A stretch of DNA of 63,841 nt, the filler included, from Kipferlia bialata (taxonomy: Eukaryota), in assembly GCA_003568945.1 (NCBI GenBank). It is 6 parts of 6 records of this genome, joined end to end, with 100 filler letters (N's around TTAATTAATTAA, not from the genome) between each part and the next. Parts side by side here need not be neighbours in the genome. Positions count along the whole stretch, not along the records: positions 55,024 to 61,520 come from BDIP01000961.1; positions 61,621 to 63,841 come from BDIP01001041.1; 4 more parts are not named here. One strand, 5' to 3'. Under the pieces are notes generated by a model. It did no database searches. It was not told the DNA's origin and was given only the letters and a program-made list of their open reading frames with translations. The position numbers and the translations under genes are program-made. Below are positions 54,924 to 63,841 of the stretch, one piece after another (position 1 is the stretch's first letter; each line of letters begins with the position of its first letter).

Positions 54924-55023
54924 NNNNNNNNNNNNNNNNNNNNNNNNNNNNNNNNNNNNNNNNNNNNTTAATTAATTAANNNNNNNNNNNNNNNNNNNNN
55001 NNNNNNNNNNNNNNNNNNNNNNN
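54924..55023. other. Artificial contig linker
   Basis: N-run/TTAATTAATTAA/N-run. Confidence 0.97.
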
Positions 55024-55915
55024 AGCAGAACATGGCTGGGGGTGAGGTGCATAGTAAATATATTGAGGGGGGGGGGGGGAGAAAACAATAGATAGAATAG
55101 CCCCCAGGCACTTTGAATATCTCCACACTTATGTCTCCATACCTAGTCCCGTGGCTCTTAGCCAGTATAGTGTTGGTGGGCAGGGGGAACCACGAGTTGA
55201 TACCACCCTAGGGGGGTTAGGAAAGAGAGATTAACAGAGGAAATGAGAGAGAGTGTGTGAGAGGGACAGAGAGCGTGACAAAAGGAAGAGAGAGAGAGAG
55301 AGAGAGAGACAGTGTCATACCTCCCACGTGTTGACGAATGCCCCGTCTGTCCGTCCAACCTCTCTCTCTCTCTGTGCTCTCAGGATCAACACATCCTGGG
55401 GGTGAATAGGGGGGTAGAGAGAGAGAGAGAGAGAGTATGAGATAGCGGAACTAGACTAATGATATAGTATGTAGAGATACATCTCAGGATCAACACATCC
55501 TGGGGGTGAATAGGGGTGTAGGTGGAGAGAGATAGTAGCACAACTTCATCCATATACAACTACATGTGAATATCCAAATGGATACATATTTGTGTATACA
55601 CGAACATGTATACCTTGTTAGATACAGACACCACGCACTGCACGTCTGAGCTGGATGGGACCAGTCTGGAGAGGGAGAGGGTGGAGGAGAGAACGCCTGG
55701 AGTAAGAGAGGGAAACACACACACATACATTCATAATGCAGTGTATACAAGCACAGTACACACCTGAGTCACTTCTTTGGGTCATGTCTCCCTTACAGTA
55801 TAAATATGCCACAAGACTGGTAAGTACATATACGGCATTGTATATACCTAGCTGGGCCACGTCCTTGGGCAGCTTGACACTGGTGTCCACAGGGGAAGGG
55901 GTGACCTGGGGTGGG

Positions 55916-55958
<43 letters not shown>

Positions 55959-56511
55959 AATGGTGTCCACAGGGGCAGGGGTGACCTGGGGTGGGTATAG
56001 AGAGAGAGAGAGAGAGAGAGAGACTGACACTGGTGTCCATAGGAGCATGGTATAGAGAGAAGGTGTATATATGATACAATCATATCTCCGTACCTCTGCG
56101 TCCAGTGGGTATGGGTACCCCAGGTATCTCTCAAAGGAAGGGGGTTTCTTGTCACCATGGGCCTAGGAGTAAGGGGGGACAGAGAGCGAGAGAGAGAGAG
56201 AGAGAGAGAGAGGAAGGGAGGGAGAGTGGGAGAGAGGGCGGGTTGTCACCATAGCATAATAATATGGGAGAGACGGACACATCTGTTGGAATGTACTATA
56301 TACATTCACTATGTATCTGCCCTGGCAAATACAACGAGTACACTGGACTCTACATTGTGGCTATATAATACCCATACACACATATATACATGAATACCTC
56401 CACAAATGCCCCGTATGCACCCAATGGGAACTTGCTGGCGTGCGATGCTGGGGGGACCTGGTGGTTAGGGTATGTCTATATATATACATATGTAGGCACA
56501 CACCCACACAC

Positions 56512-56549
<38 letters not shown>

Positions 56550-56723
56550 GCTGGTATGGGAGGCAGGGGGGGGCTGGGTATAGAGCACAGTAAATATACC
56601 CACGGAAAGAGAGATATACTTGCTAGTCGAGTGGTGATTGTACTATCCATATCCTATCATACATACCATGTCAGTTCTTGAGTTGCAGGGTGAATGACAC
56701 TACATGGAATGAAAATTTCAGTC

Positions 56724-56759
<36 letters not shown>

Positions 56760-58099
56760 GTATATATACGTATAGATATGTACATACCATGTTCTTGAGC
56801 TGCAGGGTGAATGACACCATCAGGGAGGCAGTGTCATACACAAACACATTCCTATGGGTTAGGGGTGTAGAGAGAGAGAGAGAAGGACATAGGCATACAC
56901 AACCGTCTCAGATACAAAGGGTGGACAGGGAGAGAGGGAGACAGTCTTGTACCTTCCGGATCTGGACACAAACACAAACCGGCCATCCCTGTCGAAACAG
57001 GCACCTGGACATAAGGGTGTAGAGAGAGAGAGAGAGAGAAAGATAGATACTCATACATAGTCAGGCTATTACCTAATCTCGCTGTCTTGTGGACCTTTGT
57101 GCCTATCTGCACTGGGTCCAGGATGTACCGGATGTCACCATGCATAGGGTTGGGAGTATTAGGAGCACTCTCTCCCTCTCCCTGTCCCTCTCCCTCTGCC
57201 TCTGGCTGTGGAGGGGGGGTGAGGCTGAGGGCATCGGTCCATCTGGGGGTGAGATAAATGACTCACATACACGTATTGATATACAAATATATATATGCAG
57301 AGAGAGAGGTAGAAGTGGTGAGGCTAAGGGAATCTGCCCATCTAGGGGTTAGTTGGAGAGAGTAGGATGTATACATACAGCTTCTTACATACCTCATGCC
57401 ACAGTACATGGGCCTTGTGAGTGAACTGGCCACCAGCATCAGGGAGTGCTCTCTCTCTCTCTCTCTCCCAGTCTCTCTCTCTCCCTCCTCACCCTCTGGG
57501 GGCACTGCCTCTGCACCCTCTCTCTCTCCCTCGGTGCTCTCCTCTACCTCAGCCTCTCTCTCCCCCTCGCCCTCAATCTCTCCAGTGTGGACGTCAACCT
57601 AGTGTGACATACACGACAAAAGCCATACCTAACCAATTCTGTGAACATGTATACAGATACTTTCCTGCAGAATAGTTGTGTATGAGTGCAGCACACACTC
57701 TCACCAACATGCAGATACACACATATACATGAATATATGCAATTGTGTATGTATATGTATCCATAAATATATGTACAGTATGCGTTATCAAAACACATCT
57801 GCAACAATGGTTGAGTCCGAGTGCAGCACACATTCAAAAACATGTATACATGTATGCATGTATGTGTATATAGGAAGAAACCAACTATGTTATACATACA
57901 CATATGTACATACCTGCACAATGGTGGAGTCTGAGTGCAGCACACACACAACGTCATAGGCAGGCCGGTCCTGGGGGTGAGATGAGAATACAATAGTCTA
58001 GAGTTTAACACCTCTCCATCCCTCTCTCTCTCTTAAGTGCCCAGAACTATTCACAATACATATACCTTCATCCTGCCCTTGAGCATGTCCAGGGTAGTT

Positions 58100-58133
<34 letters not shown>

Positions 58134-58379
58134 CATACCCTATGTATACTATATACCCCTATACCTTCATTCTGCCCTTGAGCATGTCTAGAGTGGTGCT
58201 GCCAAGGGAGGAGGGGGCACGGTCACGGGCCCTGGTGTAAGAAAGGTATATATTAATACATATGTATTAATATATTAACAAAAAACATATATATATATAT
58301 AGAGATATGAGTGTATACGTACCTGAACACCATGTGCACGTCTCCCCCCTCTGTGCCCACCAGCAGGGCATGCCCAGTC

Positions 58380-58414
<35 letters not shown>

Positions 58415-58696
58415 ACGTATACACATATAGTTATGTACCTAAACACCATGTGTACATCTCCCCCCTCTGTGCCCACCAGCAGGGCATGCTCAGTCCATAT
58501 ACATATATATATAAGTGTGTGTGTGTACGTATACACATATAGTTATGTACCTAAACACCATGTGCACGTCTCCCCCCTCTGTGCCCACCAGCAGGGCATG
58601 CTCAGTCTCTCTCTCTCCCTCATCAGTGGATAGAGAGAGAGAGGCAGGGACAGGGGTCCAGTGCAGAGTGGAGGGAGGGGAGGGGAACTACGGTGA

Positions 58697-58727
<31 letters not shown>

Positions 58728-59966
58728 GCAGGGACAGGGGTCCAGTGCAGTGTGGAGGGAGGGGAGGGGAAGTGATGTAAGAAAGATATAAATATTTGTA
58801 TATATACTATATATACATATATATATATATAGAGAGAGAGCATACCTTGGTGAAGTGGAGCAACCGAGGAACAACGCCCTCACCCCTGGGGTCAGAGAGA
58901 ACTACCTAATGTACGCAGAGAGGGATAGAGAGGGTGATAAAGTGAGATAGAGGGTATGTACCTCTTCACCAGCTTGATTATGGCGCATGTCCCATTGAGT
59001 GTGCATACACACAGGAGGTCGGAGGTGGGGGAGAGGGACAGAGCCACAACCTGACATGAGAGTGGAGAGGGAGAGAGTGAATATACTATCAGTATATATA
59101 CACTGTAATATACATACCCTACTTCTGAGCTCTGGCAGTGACACGAGACTGGGTCTGGAGAAGGAGGGGGCGGGGAAGACCTAAGTGTGAGGGATAGAGA
59201 GAGAGAGAGAGACTGAATAGGACATGGAGGGGAATATCTGAGATAGGTAGAGTGAGGGGGAGAGAGAGAGAAAGGGGAAAGGAAAATAGCGACCCTATTC
59301 ATAGACAGGAACAATAATTCCCCTCTATCACTCAGAGAGAGACCACTGTACCACGCTATAATTACTATGTACATTATTGTGTACATATGAGTGACTCTTG
59401 TATAGTCATAGACTGTGGAAGTGGATGCACCCAGCACCATGTACAGCACATAGAGGATACACATAGTATAGAGAATAGAGACACCATGGTGTATATATAT
59501 ACCACTCACATAGACCGTGGACGTGGATGCACCCAGCACCAGGTACTGGTCACTGATGTCCAGAGAGGTGAACCTAGGGGTGAGAGGGAGTGCATATGCA
59601 AATGCCGCAATCAGCGTACACAGACGGTGGAATAACAGCGTGGACTAGAACACATATACAAGACAATTGATCATGACTTGTCCACTCTGGTACGGAGGGA
59701 TCGATACTGATACCAAATAGAGACTTGCAACTCATAACACATAGCGGGGGGTCACACTAACACATAACACACAACAGGGCAACCTTATTCTATAGAAATT
59801 ACTGTGTGTCATCCGGCAATCCACATATATGATCTATACCATATACTATCACTGATCGGTACTGGTACCGATACACCGATGCACACTCATACCTACTCTT
59901 CTCCCAGTCTGAGCTGATCTTGCTGGTCAGAGCCGGGCGCTGCAGCACCAGCCTGGCTTTGTCCAT
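55024..59966 (-). CDS. HPS5/TECPR2-family N-terminal WD40 beta-propeller protein (3' partial, 5' end uncertain)
   Basis: Spliced FTSLDISDQYLVLGAS, DSTIVQVD..LVASSLTR and QIGTKVHKTARLGACF..FVSRSGRNVF..VSFTLQLK parallel TECPR2/HPS5 (TALD...YIAVGSS; SSIVQLD..LLVST; QIGTQPRK..FGACF..ASRPG.RLW..VQATF.LK). Confidence 0.72.
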
Positions 59967-60371
59967 CTCTCTCTCTCTCTCTCTCTCCTACTCACGATGG
60001 GTTGCCTGGTGTCCACTCAGCCTCTCCCACTCAATAGACACAGGGGTGCAGAACTCAGTCAGAGGCTGCCTCTTAGCCCAAACCCGCAACAAAAGGTACT
60101 ACCCGTCACCCCACGTAGCAACAAGCGCCCTATGGTGCAGATGTGATAGTACTAGGGGGGTAGAAGTGACAGTACGAGTAGTGGGAGTCAGACATGAGAG
60201 ACGCTAGTTTCATCATTTTAGTGCTCTCTCCGACTATTCTCCGTTTCTCCGACCAGTGAGGCTCAGCAGGCACCAGCCAAGGAGCCTTTTCGCAACTGAA
60301 TCGTGGATTCTGTTGCGTCACCCGGCCAGAAGAACCTTCCACAACCAAGCCTACCGTAACCATCCCATAGT

Positions 60372-61387
60372 ATGTCTCTTGAGCTCCACAAACATGATAC
60401 CGACTCGTCCTACGCTGACGCTGTCGATATGAGTGCAGAGGAGGAGGAGGAGGGTTTCAACCCATCCACCCTGCCTCTGAACGAGTCCTGGGACTTCTTC
60501 TTCCGTATGCCAGACCACTTTGATGGCAAGAACAAGGTATGTGGCCCTGTTGCTGTGATCCTTGAAACGTTGTGTCTATACTCTACTTGGTGTTAGTTGT
60601 AGCCATATAGCGATTCTGTGTGTCTCTACGGGGTGTATACTGGGAGGTGGAGTGGGTGGGGTATTGTGTGTGGGTGTGGGTGACTGGTTCTGGGCTGGTG
60701 TCAACTCAGTGGAGTGTGAGTGAGTTGAGTGGGGTCGTATCGGTTTGGGTGGGATGTGGATATGGCATGTTCGGAGGGCGGAGGGGTGTTGGTAGGAGTG
60801 ATTCTTGGGTATGGGAGTGTAGAGAAGCGCGTGGCGGTGTGTGGAGTTGGTGTGAGGATTGCGTACCTGTGTTGCCGCATCTATACGCATGGTGTTATAT
60901 GTATAGATACATACTCCCTATTTCCCCTCCACATCTCACCCCCAGAACAAGGAGCAGACAGCCAGCGAGTACCAGAGGCAGCAGGTAGGGAGTGTGTGTG
61001 TATATGTTCCCTGCAGATGAGTTATTATGGTTGTAATACATACACACATATATACAGTGATTGACCCATTACTCTCTATCATTGGTGTACGTAGATTGTC
61101 TCACTCCCTATATATACGTCTTGGCATCCCCCAGTGCTTCCATTGATCCCGCACCCCCACCCCCACCCCCGTCTCTTTCAGTGTTATCTCTAACCCCTTA
61201 TATCAGCACCCCATTGCCACTGCCTCTGTGGTTGCTGAGTTCTCTCTCTCTCTCTCTCTCTCTGTGGCCCCTTATATCAGCACCCCATTGCCACTGCCTC
61301 TGTGGTTGCTGAGTTCTGGCAGATTGTCAACTTCCTGCCCACCTTCAGCCAGTTCAAGGACGCCGATATCCTGGTGTTCAAGCACGG
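60372..61387 (+). CDS. eIF4E: eIF4E-family cap-binding protein (exons 60372-60536, 60946-60984, 61281-61387; 3' part missing)
   Basis: LPLNESWDFFF ... EYQRQQHPIATASVVAEFWQIVNFLP...DILVFKHG matches the eIF4E core HPL...W..W / V.DFW / DY.LFK.G. Confidence 0.8.
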
Positions 61388-61476
61388 GTATGTGTGTATA
61401 TATGGTCATGTGTGGTATCATTCCATATAGTCCATGGTGTATATAGGTTTGTGGTTGCACTCCTGTGACTGTGTAT

Positions 61477-61509
<33 letters not shown>

Positions 61510-61520
61510 TCTCCTCTCCT

Positions 61521-61620
61521 NNNNNNNNNNNNNNNNNNNNNNNNNNNNNNNNNNNNNNNNNNNNTTAATTAATTAANNNNNNNNNNNNNNNNNNNNNNNN
61601 NNNNNNNNNNNNNNNNNNNN
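61521..61620. other. Artificial contig linker
   Basis: N-run/TTAATTAATTAA/N-run. Confidence 0.97.
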
Positions 61621-61722
61621 GGGGGGGGGGGGGGAAAAACGGGGGGGGGGGGGGGGGGGGGGGGGGGGTATTGGTTCAATGTAGAGTATAGCAGAGTCTA
61701 TTTAACCTATGCATAACACTAC

Positions 61723-63723
61723 CTGTCATCCGCGTGGCCCTTGCCTTGTACCCCATGGCATCCATCTCAGCGGCAACCTTCCTCTCATTCATCTCCACAC
61801 TCCTCTCCCTCTCGTGCTTCACCTGGGTTAGAGACAATATACTAACCACCATATATATGTAACACATGTAATGTACAAGCAAGTGAATACAAGGATAGTC
61901 GATGCGATATGAGCGGAGCGCATGTCCTTACCTCTGTTCTCTCTCTCTCTCTCTCCCTCTCGGCGTCTGTCAGTTTCACCTTAAGCACATCTCTATCTCT
62001 CTCAAGCCGACTCATCTTGTGCGCAGTGGCAGCTGACTGTTAGAGATACCAACATCAATATCCCAATACTATACTCAATCTCTCTACTCATTCTATTAGT
62101 TGATACCCACCTCTCTCACTCTCTGCGGCATGCTCCACCTCGTGCAGTCTCTCCGTGATGCTGTCGGCACGCTGGGTCTGGGAATGAGGGGGACATACAG
62201 CACTAGCATAGACAAATACTCCGACATACACACTATATATATATATATATCCCCACCTGGGTCTCTGCCCGAGTGGAAAATATAATTGCACAGTGTATAC
62301 ACACAGTCCGATCTGCACTCTATAAACATACTACAGGTACCCCCACATGCGTCTCTGCCTCCATGAGTATAGTATGGTATAGTACAACAGTGTATACACA
62401 TCTGATATACAACACGTATATATACAATATATATACCTGCGTCTCTGCCTCCATGAGCGCTGCCTCGAGGTCTCTGTGCATCCTCTCCAGCTCGGCCCTG
62501 TCTCTCTCACACCTCTCCTCCCTCTCCCTCTGTCTCTCCCTCTCGGCCTCACCGGCCTTGGGGGGCATCGTCATCCGGTACATGCCGCTCTCCTGGGGTG
62601 AGTACAGAGAGGTAACATACACACACATATATATTCTGCAATGGGGGACTAAGAGAACATTCAGCGAGGTAACATTAGGGAAGAATATAGTATAGATTAT
62701 ATGTATATACCTGGTTCCCAAGCCCCACACTGCTCCCCCTCCTGTGTGAGTACCCTCTAGACATGGACAGAGAGAGGGCATCTCTGTCGCCTGGGGGTCA
62801 GGGTATAAATACATATATATAAATACATATGATGACATATGAGGGATATATACCCACTTCACATGTACTACAATACACTCTACTGTACATATATGAATAC
62901 TAGGACTTGCTGCTGTATGAACACTGAAAACAACATACCCAACTGTAAGATTATCCATTAACAGTATAAATATAATAGGCCCACCTCCTCTCTTCCTAGC
63001 CTGTGATGGCGACGGTGTGTTAAATGCCGATGGGGGTGCCGACCCCTCCTTGATGACTACGGGCAGGGTGATGCGGGGGTGGTGGGCAGGCTTGTTGTCG
63101 CTGAGGGTCAGCCACTATAGTATAAGAGAGTATATACAACTAGCAGTAGTACCTAAACAGCCCCCTGACGATCTGGGGCATGATTGTGTTGCCCCTCCCC
63201 CCGTCTCTCTCCAGCACCTCTCTCAGCTGGGAGGCCAGGCCGGAGTTGGCGGCATCCCCCACGGCATAGTAGTCAACACGGAACCGGGTGTCGGCAACAG
63301 TGGAGACAGAGGTGTCTGGGGGTGAGTGTATAGATATATATGCAGTCTACTAGGAATATTGTGAGATAGGTATATACTCTCTTATATCAGTGTGTGTGGA
63401 TGAGAGAGAGGGAGGGAGAGAGGGCGACAGAGAGTGATACACTCTGCCGTGTCAGTTGGACACACCTGGTGGCATTGCAATCAGGATAGTGATGCTTGCG
63501 CTCTCCTTAGGTCTCAGTATGCCACAGGGGGGCCTCACCACATACATCCTGGGGGGTCAGCGTACTCTCTCTATACATATGTGTTGCATATGCATATAGT
63601 GTATAGTATATAGTAATACAGAGGCCACATACCTAGGCCGTGTGGTCAGTATCTTGTACATCAGGTGGTCGTCACTGGTGTTCCTGAGCACCAATGGGAT
63701 CTGCCCATTGTGGAGGGTGTTGG
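61723..63723 (-). CDS. MSP-domain (VAP-like) protein followed by coiled coil; partial
   Basis: LVLRNTSDDHLMYKILTTRPR|MYVVRPPCGILRPKESASITI matches the MSP signature L.N.S...FK.KTT.P..Y.VRP..G.I.P. Downstream exons are E/R-rich heptads. Confidence 0.75.
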
Positions 63724-63841
63724 CTGAGGGGGTCAGAGGTAGAGAGACAGAGGGCAAACGGTGCTACAGTGGTGGGAAGGTTGGGTAGGGGAAAGAGGGT
63801 GGAAGGGGGGGGGGGGGGGGGGGGGACAAGATGGGCATAAG

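Overview
Eukaryotic, intron-rich, microsatellite-laden DNA. It is six separate sequence pieces joined by artificial 100-nt linkers (N-run + TTAATTAATTAA + N-run), so adjacency across linkers means nothing. An intron-containing AdhE and branch points lying right next to the 3' AG suggest an anaerobic metamonad, probably a free-living fornicate such as Kipferlia (inference only). Genes recognised by manual splicing: a FEN1 5' fragment, a DUF4470 protein, AdhE, a ComEC/Rec2-type metallo-beta-lactamase-fold hydrolase, Pol III subunit RPC5, a giant two-domain membrane nucleotide cyclase, an HPS5/TECPR2-like propeller, an eIF4E-family protein and an MSP/VAP-like protein, plus several hypotheticals. 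The standout is piece 2 (13794-27366). The whole 13.6-kb piece is bracketed by 67-bp terminal inverted repeats (1 mismatch). It holds a single compact-intron gene for a ~4000-aa RNF213/mysterin-like AAA+ ATPase with a variant RZ-finger E3 module, no RING and no transposase. It is a candidate mobile or amplified innate-immunity cassette. A second pervasive oddity is that host introns are full of diverged tandem 'echo' copies of neighbouring exon ends together with their splice sites.
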